DNA of 64,000 nt from Steroidobacteraceae bacterium (GTDB taxonomy: Bacteria; Pseudomonadota; Gammaproteobacteria; Steroidobacterales; Steroidobacteraceae). Every line of letters starts with the position of its first letter. The stretch's first letter is position 1. The DNA lies in NCBI GenBank assembly GCA_035488895.1, contig DATHKV010000145.1, positions 36,472 through 100,471 of the forward strand, read 5' to 3'. The translations under genes and the position numbers were made by a program. Shown piece by piece: positions 46,614 to 57,287 of the stretch. A model generated the notes under the pieces. The model worked only from the letters and a program-made list of their open reading frames with translations. It did not search any database and was not told the origin of the DNA.

Positions 46614-47348
46614 TCATCGCTTCAGAATGAGTTCTTGTGTGGAATTGTCGATTGACCAGGATTTGAATCGTTTGAGGAAGCTTTGCCCGAGAAGGGGCGG
46701 GGCGTTGGACGGCGAGACCTTCGCTTGAACATTGGGCGCTTCAATGTTTCCAATTTTTAGGGATCTGATGATGAAGGTCTTCGATTGGGACACCTCGCCG
46801 TCGGCGTTCTTGTAATTGCGAACTCCCGTGATGTCGGCTTGCGTAACAGTGTTGGCGCTGACCAAGCTCGCAAAGACTTCGGCGGGTATGCTGACATCGG
46901 ATGCGCCGCTATCGACAATGAAATTCAATTTGAGGGCCTTGTTGATGACGACTGGCGCGATTAGGCCGCCCGACATTCTCACGAGGGGAATTCGGGTTTC
47001 AAGGGGACCGTCCTCGATCAAACCCAATTCAGTTTTGAGCTGCCGCACAGCCTTCGCGGAGATTTCGGTAAGGCCCGGATTGAGCCGCTCGGCTTCAAGC
47101 ACTTCCGATCGTGCCAAATTGGTCTTATTTGCCTTGGCGTAAACCTCCGCTTGAACCCAATGAGCCTTGGCGCTCTTTGGATGGTTGGCGAGAACCTGGG
47201 CGATCATTTCCTGGGCCTGATCCAAGTGGCCGGCGGTGGCGGCCTCGTAGATCTGGTGCATGGTGGGCTCGGCCGCGGCCGCCGCCGCCGCGCTTGAAGC
47301 AAGTGCAAGGCCTGCGGCGGCAACTAATGCTCTTAGATATCTTTGCAT
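46614..47348 (-). CDS. retropepsin-like (clan AA, TIGR02281-like) aspartic protease with N-terminal TPR-like region
   Basis: Signal peptide. FIVDSGASDVSIP active-site context. Confidence 0.7.
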   Translation of the reverse strand: MQRYLRALVAAAGLALASSAAAAAAAEPTMHQIYEAATAGHLDQAQEMIAQVLANHPKSAKAHWVQAEVYAKANKTNLARSEVLEAERLNPGLTEISAKAVRQLKTELGLIEDGPLETRIPLVRMSGGLIAPVVINKALKLNFIVDSGASDVSIPAEVFASLVSANTVTQADITGVRNYKNADGEVSQSKTFIIRSLKIGNIEAPNVQAKVSPSNAPPLLGQSFLKRFKSWSIDNSTQELILKR

Positions 47349-47506
47349 ACTGAACGCTCGTATCTAATCGGCGATTTTATGCGCGTTGGGGGCGAAGTAA
47401 TCTGTTTTCGCGTGAGTCCAAGGATACCCGAACGGCTCGATCGACGAAGAAGCCTCGACGCTGGCACGCCAAAAGGAGAGGCCGTCAGGATGGGTCGGGT
47501 CGGTAG

Positions 47507-49420
47507 TTAATTGGGCTTCTTTAAAAACCGGTCGTACCAGTTCAGGATTCTTTCGAACATATCGATGTTATACGACCCTTTTCGCGGCGAGTGCCCCTCT
47601 CCCGGGTACAAGACCATCTCGGTCTCGACACCGAGGTGTTTGAGCGCTCGATATAGTCCTTTTGACTGGCCGACAGGATTGGAAGCATCCTCTTCTCCGT
47701 CGAGGATCAGTGTAGGTGTGTGCGCATTGCCGATATAGGTCGCGGGGGAGTTGCGCGCGAAGACCTCCGGATGCTCCCAGGGCGTACCGAAATGCCATTC
47801 GTCCTCCGCCGGGCCATCCTCTGTTTCGAATTCGGCTTGCTGATTGAACACAGGCGCGCCCGCGACAGCCGCTTTGAACCGGTTGGACTGAGTGGTCGCC
47901 CACGCGCTCATTTCGCCGCCATACGACCAGCCGCCGATACCGAGTCGGTCAGGATCGGCTTCACCGGCGGTGATCACGGCATCTAAGACTGCAATCAGGT
48001 CCCGGTAATCGCCTCCGCCCAAGTCACCGCGGTTGGCCTTCATGAAATCCTCGCTGTATCCGTTCGAGCCGCGGGGATTGACCATCAGTACCAGGTATCC
48101 GTTCGCGGCGAGCAGCTGGGCCCAAGCGGTGTCCCAACTGTAATTTGCGAAAAAATTCGATGACGGGCCGCCGTGAACGAGCAGGACAAGGGGCAACTTC
48201 TCGCCCGGTCGGGCGTTGGCAGGGTGCATCAAGGCGGATTCGATCGGCGTGCCGTCGAAGCTCTTGGTCTGGAAGATCCTCGTCGATGCCAGACGAATGT
48301 TGGCCCAGTCTTCTTGCATGTGCGTAAGCTGGCGAATGCTGCCGTTTTTGGTCTTAAGGTAAAGTTCCGATAGATGATCAAAGTCTCCGCCAGCATAGAC
48401 CAGCACGTCATCGCGCGAGACATCGAAGGAGTCGGCAGAGAGCGGTAGGTCGATTGGCACGGGCGAACCCTTTTGGGGCAGTCGCCAGATGCGATTTCGG
48501 AACCCATCGACCACGCGCAGCCAAATCGCCGATTGATTGTGCCATTTCACTTCGGCGACGGACCGGTCCGGTGGCGCTGAGATGTCGCGCAAATCGTCAA
48601 GACTTATCGTGCCGACGAAGAGATCGCGTGGGTCGGGTCCCGCTGAGCGGGTGGAACGCACTGCGAACTGTTTGCCGTCGGGCGAGACAATTAGGCCGCG
48701 AAAGGGTTGCGGTGGACGACTTACCAGGGTGACCGCACTATCGTGAATGGAAACGGTGTACACGGCGCCGTTATGCTGCTCGACTCGCGGCTGGTCGGTT
48801 GCCATTACCAGAATTTGCGATGCATTCTGCCATTGAAACTCATCGATCCGAACGCCCGTCTTGCCGACGACCCGGGTCATTCCGGAGGCGAGATCGGTGA
48901 CCCACAATCGCGACAAATCGCTCTCCCGGTCAGCGACTTGCGGACCATTGTCGGAGGCTGGCGCGGAGTCGTCCTTCGCGAGGAAGGCGATGCTCCGGCC
49001 GTTGGGTGACCAATGAAAGCTCGTCACACCGTACTTTCGGGACGTGACGGCCTTTGCTTCGATTCCGTCGGCGTGAGCGGTATACACCTGCGTCTTGCCG
49101 TCTCGATTGGATAGAAAGGCCAGCATCTTGCCGTCGGGCGACCATTCAGGTGAGCGCTCGGCTTTCTTAGAGGGCGTCAGTTCGCGCGCCTTGCCGCTGG
49201 TAATCTCCATGAGCCAAAGGTGCGGCTGCCAGTCCCAGCGGTAGCTGTACATTACGTATAGGAGTTTGGATCCATCGGGCGATAAATGCAGATCCCCGAC
49301 GCGGCGGTAGTCCAATGCCTGCACCGGCGTCATGGCACTCTGCGCGTGACAGACCAGCGACCATGCCGTGAATAGGGCGCCACACAGAAAATTCCGGCCT
49401 AAATTGCTCCATACAGCCAT
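47507..49420 (-). CDS. S9 family peptidase (prolyl oligopeptidase / acylaminoacyl peptidase type)
   Basis: N-terminal beta-propeller repeats (PEWSPDGKMLAF). Nucleophile GGWSYGG. C-terminal Asp/His contexts DGEEDASNP and GEGHS. Confidence 0.85.
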   Translation of the reverse strand: MAVWSNLGRNFLCGALFTAWSLVCHAQSAMTPVQALDYRRVGDLHLSPDGSKLLYVMYSYRWDWQPHLWLMEITSGKARELTPSKKAERSPEWSPDGKMLAFLSNRDGKTQVYTAHADGIEAKAVTSRKYGVTSFHWSPNGRSIAFLAKDDSAPASDNGPQVADRESDLSRLWVTDLASGMTRVVGKTGVRIDEFQWQNASQILVMATDQPRVEQHNGAVYTVSIHDSAVTLVSRPPQPFRGLIVSPDGKQFAVRSTRSAGPDPRDLFVGTISLDDLRDISAPPDRSVAEVKWHNQSAIWLRVVDGFRNRIWRLPQKGSPVPIDLPLSADSFDVSRDDVLVYAGGDFDHLSELYLKTKNGSIRQLTHMQEDWANIRLASTRIFQTKSFDGTPIESALMHPANARPGEKLPLVLLVHGGPSSNFFANYSWDTAWAQLLAANGYLVLMVNPRGSNGYSEDFMKANRGDLGGGDYRDLIAVLDAVITAGEADPDRLGIGGWSYGGEMSAWATTQSNRFKAAVAGAPVFNQQAEFETEDGPAEDEWHFGTPWEHPEVFARNSPATYIGNAHTPTLILDGEEDASNPVGQSKGLYRALKHLGVETEMVLYPGEGHSPRKGSYNIDMFERILNWYDRFLKKPN

Positions 49421-49520
49421 CGTATGACCCTCATAATCGCCGCGGAATACTATACTCGTTGAGATTTCCGTTCTTCCACGTTCCTAGCGCGCTTGCATAG
49501 GACAAACATTGGAGGCGCCT

Positions 49521-50285
49521 GTGTTGGCTCATTCTCACCTTCGCATTTCCCGTTACCAAGCTCGCACTGAAATGTCGCCGCACCAACATGACGCACCTTC
49601 GATGGGGATCGTTGTAAGCGGCGCATTCCTGGAACGCATCGGCAATGATGAGCGAACGTATTCGAGGGGTACGGCCTCATTTTGTCCCGCGGCAACGACG
49701 CATTCCCAGATATTCGGGGCGACCGGCGTCCAGCAGATCATCTTCAAACCGGATACCAGCTGGCTTGAGTATCTTGCAGACTGCAAGGCGCGGCTCGATG
49801 AGGCACCGCACACGCGCTCCGCTAAATTTCGTGAATTGGGCGACAAGCTGCTTGGAGAAATGCGGCAAGGCGACTCCTTCTCGGCAATCGCTTGCGAAGG
49901 GATCGTGCTCGAGATTGTCGCCGCCTTTGGCCGAAACAGCGCTGCAGAGTCGGCCAATATTAAGCCACCGTCTTGGCTTCGCGCGGCACGGGAGTTTATG
50001 CATGAAAACGCGGGCACCTCGCTGACCATGGCGCAGATTGCACGTGAAGCGGGGCGTCACGAAATTCACGTTGCGCGAGAGTTCCGCCGCTTCTTCGGAT
50101 GCTCGGCAGGCACGTATCTGCGACGACTGCGGATGGAAGAAGCGGAGCGACTGCTGCTGACGAACCAAAGTTCCATCAGCGAAATCGCGCAGAGCTGTGG
50201 ATTTGCGAGTCACTCGCATCTTTGTCGCGAGTTCAAAGTGCATTTCGGTGTCACGCCATCAGAGTACCGCTCGCGCAATCGCTAA
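49521..50285 (+). CDS. AraC-family transcriptional regulator
   Basis: GTG 49521 lies 5 nt after GGAGG. Cupin-like N-terminal half. C-terminal HTH ISEIAQSCGFASHSHLCREFKVHFGVTPSEYR. Confidence 0.8.
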   Translation: MLAHSHLRISRYQARTEMSPHQHDAPSMGIVVSGAFLERIGNDERTYSRGTASFCPAATTHSQIFGATGVQQIIFKPDTSWLEYLADCKARLDEAPHTRSAKFRELGDKLLGEMRQGDSFSAIACEGIVLEIVAAFGRNSAAESANIKPPSWLRAAREFMHENAGTSLTMAQIAREAGRHEIHVAREFRRFFGCSAGTYLRRLRMEEAERLLLTNQSSISEIAQSCGFASHSHLCREFKVHFGVTPSEYRSRNR

Positions 50286-50397
50286 TGCGTGAAAGAGTCG
50301 CTCTATGATGCGGCCGAGCAATAAGGAGGATGATTTGTCAACCGCGCCCCAGTACTCGCTGCCACTCGTCAGCAATTAGCTGCAGGTCGCATCGTTC

Positions 50398-51306
50398 ATG
50401 CTGAGTAAACACACATATGTCCTCACGTGGGTGCTGGCTTTCTCGGCTTTCTCCGCGTCGGGCCAAGAGATGGCCGTGACTGTCGACGATCTTCCAGTTC
50501 ATGGGGCGTTGCCGGCAGGGGTGACGCGGTTGGAGATAGCGAAGTCAATATTGGCGACGCTCAAGCAGGAGAAGCTGCCGCCAGTGTACGGATTCATCAA
50601 TGGCGGGCGAGGTGCAGATGATCCAAGCTCGCTTTCCGTCTTAAAGGCGTGGCGGGCGGCGGGGCAGCCGTTGGGGAATCACACCTGGGCGCATTTGGAT
50701 TTGAACAAGGAAACTGCGGAGGAGTTTGGGGCGGAGGTATCAAAGAACGAGCGATTGCTTCAGAGCTTGATGGGGAAGAGGGACTGGCATTGGCTGCGGT
50801 ACCCCTACTTGCATGAGGGTGATACGGTGGAGAAGCGGCGCGCAGTGAGGGCGTGGCTGTTTTCCCATGGGTACAAGATTGCTGAAGTCAGCATGGATTT
50901 TGAAGATTATCTTTGGAACGAGCCGTATGCGCGCTGTGTAGAGAAGCACGATGAGAAATCGATTCAAAAGCTCCACGATAGCTATTTGGCGGTGGCGGAT
51001 CAGTACTATGGTGAATTCCGGGAGCTGTCGCAGTTAGTCTATGGGCGAGACGTGAAATACGTGCTGCTGATGCACGTGGGAGCGTTCGATGCGCGAATGT
51101 TGCCGGAGCTTCTGAACCTGTACCGAACCAAAGGCGTGCAATTCATCAGTCTGCCGGATGCCATGTCGGATCCGGCGTACCAGGACGATCCGGATATCGC
51201 GGAACCTACCGGCGGGGCGTTTCTGGAACTGATGATGCAAAAGAAGAAACTCAAGTTTCCGGCGAACTCCAAGCCGTATAAGGAATTGGAGGCGATGTGC
51301 CGGTAA
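50398..51306 (+). CDS. polysaccharide deacetylase family protein
   Basis: Signal peptide. VTVDDLP and GNHTWAHLDL metal-binding motifs. Confidence 0.8.
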   Translation: MLSKHTYVLTWVLAFSAFSASGQEMAVTVDDLPVHGALPAGVTRLEIAKSILATLKQEKLPPVYGFINGGRGADDPSSLSVLKAWRAAGQPLGNHTWAHLDLNKETAEEFGAEVSKNERLLQSLMGKRDWHWLRYPYLHEGDTVEKRRAVRAWLFSHGYKIAEVSMDFEDYLWNEPYARCVEKHDEKSIQKLHDSYLAVADQYYGEFRELSQLVYGRDVKYVLLMHVGAFDARMLPELLNLYRTKGVQFISLPDAMSDPAYQDDPDIAEPTGGAFLELMMQKKKLKFPANSKPYKELEAMCR

Positions 51307-51307
51307 G

Positions 51308-51513
51308 GGATCGGGCAGGGACCCGATGCCATACCCTGAGGAGTCTCTCGCCTACTATGTCGCGCTACAAAAAGCCGGCGTCCCCACTGAAATGCACCTG
51401 TACGCGAAAGGCGGTCACGCCTTCGGCCTGCGACCGAGCAAGTCACCGATCGCGCGCAGTGGCCGCGGTTGGTGGAGACGTGGCTCAGGACGACTGGGAT
51501 GATTTCGGAGTAA
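51308..51513 (+). pseudogene. C-terminal remnant of an alpha/beta hydrolase, truncated and frameshifted
   Basis: Frame 2 reads ...SLAYYVALQKAGVPTEMHLYAKGGHAFGLRPSKSPIA. The expected continuation QWPRLVETWLRTTGMISE* is in frame 1 from about 51457. No N-terminal catalytic part precedes it. Confidence 0.5.
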
Positions 51514-51554
51514 ATAGCTTCCTCATTTCTTGATCAGGGAAGGAGATCCTGTCG

Positions 51555-52426
<872 letters not shown>

Positions 52427-52451
52427 CTAATTAGAACGCTCTCGCGCCCGC

Positions 52452-54494
52452 ATGACCGAATCAAGTAAAGCGGTTTTCTTAAGCTACGCGTCGCAGGACA
52501 CGCAAGCCGCACTGAGCTTGTGCGATGCATTACGGGCAGCAGGCATCGAGGTGTGGTTCGACCAAAGTGAGCTGCGGGGTGGGGACGCCTGGGACCAGGC
52601 GATTCGCAAACAGATCAAGACATGCGCTCTTTTCATCCCGGTTATCTCCCGCAACGCGCACGAACGTATCGAGGGGTATTTTCGACTCGAGTGGAAGCTT
52701 GGAGTCGATCGTTCTCACCTGATATCGGCGGATCAGGCTTTTCTCTTGCCAGTCGTTATCGACGACACGCCTGATGATGATGAGCGTGTACCAGACCGGT
52801 TTCGAGAGGTGCAGTGGACGCGGCTACCGGCCGGTCAACATGCGCAAGCCTTCGCAGAGCGTGTGCTGCGGCTACTCTCGGGAGAGCCACGACGGCGTTC
52901 AACAGGGCCTGAATCGGCGACCGCTCGCGTGCTGATCGCCAGAGACCCGGTTTTGCCATGGTGGCGCTCGAGAGCGGCGTTCCTCGCCGCAATTGTTGTC
53001 ATCGCGGTCACATCGGGATACTTGGCAGCAAACCGACTGGTATTGTCGAAACGTGGTGAGGCTCGAACAGCACCGACTCCTGCCGCGCCCAACGCTCCAG
53101 GGCCTGCTCCATCGTTCAGTCCACCGGCGCACTCGATCGCCGTGTTGCCATTCGTCAATCTAAGTGGTGATAAGGATCAGGAGTACTTTTCCGACGGACT
53201 TACTGAGGAACTGCTCAACTCGTTGGCCGAGATCGAGGGCTTGCAAGTTGCGGCGCGCACCTCGGCCTTTTCGTTCAAGGGACAGGACAATGACATCGGC
53301 ACCATCGCCCGAAGATTGAACGTGGGCGCCGTGCTCGAAGGTAGTGTGCGGCGCTCGGCACACACCATCCGGATCTCGGCACAGCTTATCAATGCCACCA
53401 CGGGCTTTCACCTGTGGTCCAAGACCTACGATCGGGACTTGGGTGATGTGCTCAAACTGCAAACGGAGATTGCCACGGCGGTCGCCGGCGCACTCAAGGT
53501 GACATTACTGGGCGATCCCTCTTCGAAAATCGAGATGGGTGGAACGCGCAACCCGGCAGCCTTCGATGCCTATCTGCGAGGAGTCAGGGCGTATACATCG
53601 AGACATGAGGCTAAGGACCTCCCCGCTGCAATTGCCGCCTACACCGAGGCGGTGCGCCTCGATCCGAACTATGCGCTCGCCTATGCGGCGCGATCGCTCG
53701 CGTTGTCCAGCTATGGTGCAGAAGCCGCGACTGGAACCGCCGTCCGCGAGGCTTTTGTCGATGCGCAAGCAGATGCTCGTCAGGCACTTCGGATCGCGCC
53801 GGATCTGGCGCAGGCTTATCTCGCGTTGGGGAGCGTTGCGGAAGATACCCTCAACTTCACGCAGGCAAGTGCCTCGTACCAGCGAGCACTGGCACTCGCT
53901 CCGGGCAATGCTCAAGTATTGCGAATTAGCGGTGGCTTTTCAGCCTCCGTGGGATACTTCGATGCAGGCGTTGCGGCCACTCGTCATGCCGTGGTACTTG
54001 ACCCGCTCGCTCGCGCCAGCTATACGGCGCTCGCTCAGGCGCTGTATTACGCTCGTCGATATGATGAAGCGGTAGCGGCTTATACGGAAGGCATTCGACT
54101 TGCGCCGGACTTCAAGGTTTATTACGCGCAACGCGGGATGGCGTATTACGGGCTCGGAGACTTGGTAAGCGCGCAGGCGTCCTGCGAGATCAAGTCGGAC
54201 TACTGGGCGAGCCAACAGTGCCTTGCAATAGTCTACGACAAGCTCCACCGGCATGCGGACGCAGAGGTTGAACTCGCGAAATTTACAGCGTGGGGCGGCG
54301 ACGACGGCGCATACCAAAACGCTACTATCTATGCACAGTGGGGCAATGTGCCCAAGGCGCTGAAATGGCTCGAAACGGCGCTGCGGCTGCATGACCCGGG
54401 CCTGGCGAGTTTGAAAACCGACCCGCTGCTAGACCCGTTGCGCAAAGAGGTACGCTTCCAGGCAGTGATGCGAGAGTTGAAGTTTCCGCAGTGA
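52452..54494 (+). CDS. TIR domain - TM helix - TolB-like periplasmic module - TPR repeat protein
   Basis: N-terminal TIR_2 pattern KAVFLSYASQD...IEVWFDQ...FIPVISRNAHERIEGYFRLEWKLG. TM helix AAFLAAIVVIAVTSGYLAA. SIAVLPFVNLSGDKDQEYFSDG module. C-terminal TPR-like repeats. Confidence 0.8.
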   Translation: MTESSKAVFLSYASQDTQAALSLCDALRAAGIEVWFDQSELRGGDAWDQAIRKQIKTCALFIPVISRNAHERIEGYFRLEWKLGVDRSHLISADQAFLLPVVIDDTPDDDERVPDRFREVQWTRLPAGQHAQAFAERVLRLLSGEPRRRSTGPESATARVLIARDPVLPWWRSRAAFLAAIVVIAVTSGYLAANRLVLSKRGEARTAPTPAAPNAPGPAPSFSPPAHSIAVLPFVNLSGDKDQEYFSDGLTEELLNSLAEIEGLQVAARTSAFSFKGQDNDIGTIARRLNVGAVLEGSVRRSAHTIRISAQLINATTGFHLWSKTYDRDLGDVLKLQTEIATAVAGALKVTLLGDPSSKIEMGGTRNPAAFDAYLRGVRAYTSRHEAKDLPAAIAAYTEAVRLDPNYALAYAARSLALSSYGAEAATGTAVREAFVDAQADARQALRIAPDLAQAYLALGSVAEDTLNFTQASASYQRALALAPGNAQVLRISGGFSASVGYFDAGVAATRHAVVLDPLARASYTALAQALYYARRYDEAVAAYTEGIRLAPDFKVYYAQRGMAYYGLGDLVSAQASCEIKSDYWASQQCLAIVYDKLHRHADAEVELAKFTAWGGDDGAYQNATIYAQWGNVPKALKWLETALRLHDPGLASLKTDPLLDPLRKEVRFQAVMRELKFPQ

Positions 54495-54747
54495 ACGTGG
54501 ATCGCAAGCGGGCGCAGTCGCGCCTCTGGACCGCCGGTGTCGGGCGAGGGCAGGGGAACGGCTCGACTAGACAAAGAATCCCGGCCGTCGAAGAAACCTG
54601 TCGATGTTCATCCTCCGGTCGTCTGATGCACTGCTCTTTTGATAGAGGGTCGGTAAAAGGCCATAGTTCTGGCAGAATTATGAGTGGATCAAGAGCGGTC
54701 GCAGGGTGCGCCGTTTTTCCCAATTTATTCGCGCAATGGAGGAGATC

Positions 54748-55050
54748 ATGGTCAAAGTTGGATTGCTGGTTCAATTGCACGCAAAAGCTGGAAAAGAGGC
54801 GGTGGTGGCGAAATTCTTGACTGATGCACTGGCGCTCGCGAATCAGGAGGCCGGAACGTTAGTGTGGTTCGCGCTGCAGACAGGGCCCTCGACATTCGCG
54901 ATATTCGATGCGTTTGCAGACGACGCGGGGCGTAAAGCTCATCTCGCTGGTCCTATTGCCGCAGCGCTCATGGCGAACGCTTCAGAATTGCTTTCTCAAC
55001 CCCCACAAATTGGGCAAGTTGACGTACTTGCCGCCAAGGTACAAAGATAA
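54748..55050 (+). CDS. antibiotic-biosynthesis-monooxygenase (ABM)-like / putative quinol monooxygenase
   Basis: GGAGA precedes ATG 54748. About 100 aa with a ferredoxin-like pattern (LVWFALQTGPSTFAIFDAFADDAGRKAHL). Confidence 0.65.
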   Translation: MVKVGLLVQLHAKAGKEAVVAKFLTDALALANQEAGTLVWFALQTGPSTFAIFDAFADDAGRKAHLAGPIAAALMANASELLSQPPQIGQVDVLAAKVQR

Positions 55051-55243
55051 CCAGGCACTGCAAGCGCCAAGAATCGGAGCCGGCATGACCCGAGTCTCGA
55101 AGTCTCACTATAGCTTGATTATCATATAGTTATCGTATATTTCTCGATAGGATCGAGAAAGAATACCTCACGCTCTCATACTGAGAAAAACACTTCATAG
55201 TTGTTTCCTCGCTTGAACAGACGCGTGGCGGCCTCACCGCGGC

Positions 55244-56059
55244 CTAAGTGCGCGTACTCACAGCGCGCTCGCGTACGCTGTGATAAAGAGCTTGCGTCTT
55301 GGCGTTGGGTGGCACGCCGAGGAAGCGCGTCAGCAACTCGCGGCAGCGCCTGTAGGCCTGCAACGCTTCGCTGTGGTCTCCAATCTCGCGGTGGCAGAGC
55401 ATCAAGCCCCGATACAGACCCTCGTTGAGCGAGTCGAGCTCGATCCCGGATCGATACAGGTTCGCCGCATCCTCCCAACGGCGCGCACGTTCGCACGCAC
55501 GCGCAGCATCGCGGATGGCACCCAGCAAACCATCGCGCAACTCGTGGCGTGCCCTCAAGACCCAGGGTCTTTCGGCCTCATGCTGGAGAAAATGCCCGTG
55601 ATAGAGGCGTCGGAGACACCCGATCCTGTCGATGCGATTCGCCCCCGGATCATGAGGACGCTGCAGCTCCTCTTCGAACTTCCACATGTCGACCCACAGC
55701 TGATCCCGGTTCAGGCTGACCTTGCCGCCCTCCATGCGCGCCGCGTCGCGTGCCCCGAGCAGCTGACGCAGCCTGTAAAGAGCGCTTTCGAGCGCGTGAT
55801 AAGCCGCATCGCCCTCGGAATCCGGCCACAGCGCATCGATTAGCACGCCGGCGCTCACTTCGGTTCCACCGAATGCGATCAGGGCCTGCAGCAGCTCCTG
55901 CGGCTTGCGTAAGCGTGGAGGGATCGTGATAGGCGTATCCCCGCCGAGTAAGCGAAAGCGCCCCAACACATGCACCCTGAAACGCTCGCCGCCGGCATGT
56001 CGACTGTTGACCGTGTCGAGTCGATACGGAGGAAGTTCCTTTGCAATTGCGCTTGTCAT
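55244..56059 (-). CDS. SARP/AfsR-type regulator (winged helix + BTAD domain)
   Basis: RFRVHVLGRFRLL...QELLQALIAFGG (wHTH), then the BTAD pattern VDMWKFEE...LYRGLMLCHREIGDHSEALQAYRRCRELL. ATG 56059 avoids overlap with the upstream gene. Confidence 0.75.
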   Translation of the reverse strand: MTSAIAKELPPYRLDTVNSRHAGGERFRVHVLGRFRLLGGDTPITIPPRLRKPQELLQALIAFGGTEVSAGVLIDALWPDSEGDAAYHALESALYRLRQLLGARDAARMEGGKVSLNRDQLWVDMWKFEEELQRPHDPGANRIDRIGCLRRLYHGHFLQHEAERPWVLRARHELRDGLLGAIRDAARACERARRWEDAANLYRSGIELDSLNEGLYRGLMLCHREIGDHSEALQAYRRCRELLTRFLGVPPNAKTQALYHSVRERAVSTRT

Positions 56060-56171
56060 GCTGAGGTCCTGTCTGCCGGTTGTTAGTGCCTGTCGTCCTG
56101 CGTGCGTCGTCGAACCGGTTGGCATCAGCGCGCAGCCCCAATTCAAGTGGGATTCGGGCAATATCTGACAT

Positions 56172-57287
56172 TCAACTCCGTGGCTTTCGCAAATGCGGTG
56201 AGTGTTTGACGACAAACCGCGTAATGAGCGGCGCCAGTGCGATCACGAACAGCAGTCGCACCGACTGCAGGGCCAGCACGAACGGCAGATCGACCTGCGG
56301 GGTCGAACTCGCAATGATGGCTATCGAGTCAATGCCTCCCGGGCTGGTTGCAAGATACGCGGTGAGCGCGTCGGTCCCGGTCAATTTGACGAGGCACTGT
56401 GCCAATACCGCACAAAATCCCATCAAAGTAAGCGCCGCGAGGATGACGACCGGCATGGCGCGGCCCGCATGGACGAGCGCTTCGCGCCTGAAACCTAAGC
56501 CGATGTACCACCCTAAAGAGGCGTACGCCGCGGCCAGCAGCCAACGTGGCAGATCAATCTGAAGCCATCCGGCGGCATGTAGCCCCGAGAGCAGGACCAT
56601 CGGGCCCAAAAGCGCCCACGCGTGCAGCCCCAGTACTCGCGCGAATTGCTGAGCGATCAGTGCAAGGATGAGTACCAGAGCAAGGTTGCCCCAAGAGACC
56701 GGGCCGAACCAGGGTGCGGTGGGGGCCTGCGCATTCCCGACATGCGCCCAGAAGTGCGCCACCAACGCGGCCGCCAGGGCCACCAGCAACACACGTGAGA
56801 ACTGCATGAAGGCCACCAAGCGCGCATCGGCGCCTTCCGCCTCGCCGAGAATGACCATTGCATTGGCCGCGCCCGGCGAGGTGCCATACACGGCGGTTGC
56901 ACCGCTGATCAATCCCGTTCGACTGATCAACCAGCCGATGCCGGCAGCGCCTAGCAGGGTACCTAATATCACAGTGCAGAAGAGCCAATACTGATGACTG
57001 AATGTCACCAGAATCGAGCGGGTAATGCTTTTCGCCACCATGGCGGCGATGAGCGCTTGCGCGCCCACGAATGGGATGCGAGGCACCTGAATTTCTGCCC
57101 CATTCACGCCGAGCACGATTGCAGCGATCATGGGTCCCAGCAGGAGCGCTGCTGGCAGTCTCAAGGCGCTCCAGCCCGCAAAAATCGCCGCCGACAGCGC
57201 CAGTAGTGCGAGCCAGAGCAGCGGGGTGGGCCAGCTGCCGAGTCGCAGCTTGGCCCGGAGCACGGTAGAAACCTCGGGTGTACTCAT
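56172..57287 (-). CDS. AbrB-family (PF05145, duplicated) membrane protein
   Basis: About 10 TM helices. N-terminal RLPAALLLGPMIAAIVLG motif, repeated in the second half. Confidence 0.65.
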   Translation of the reverse strand: MSTPEVSTVLRAKLRLGSWPTPLLWLALLALSAAIFAGWSALRLPAALLLGPMIAAIVLGVNGAEIQVPRIPFVGAQALIAAMVAKSITRSILVTFSHQYWLFCTVILGTLLGAAGIGWLISRTGLISGATAVYGTSPGAANAMVILGEAEGADARLVAFMQFSRVLLVALAAALVAHFWAHVGNAQAPTAPWFGPVSWGNLALVLILALIAQQFARVLGLHAWALLGPMVLLSGLHAAGWLQIDLPRWLLAAAYASLGWYIGLGFRREALVHAGRAMPVVILAALTLMGFCAVLAQCLVKLTGTDALTAYLATSPGGIDSIAIIASSTPQVDLPFVLALQSVRLLFVIALAPLITRFVVKHSPHLRKPRS

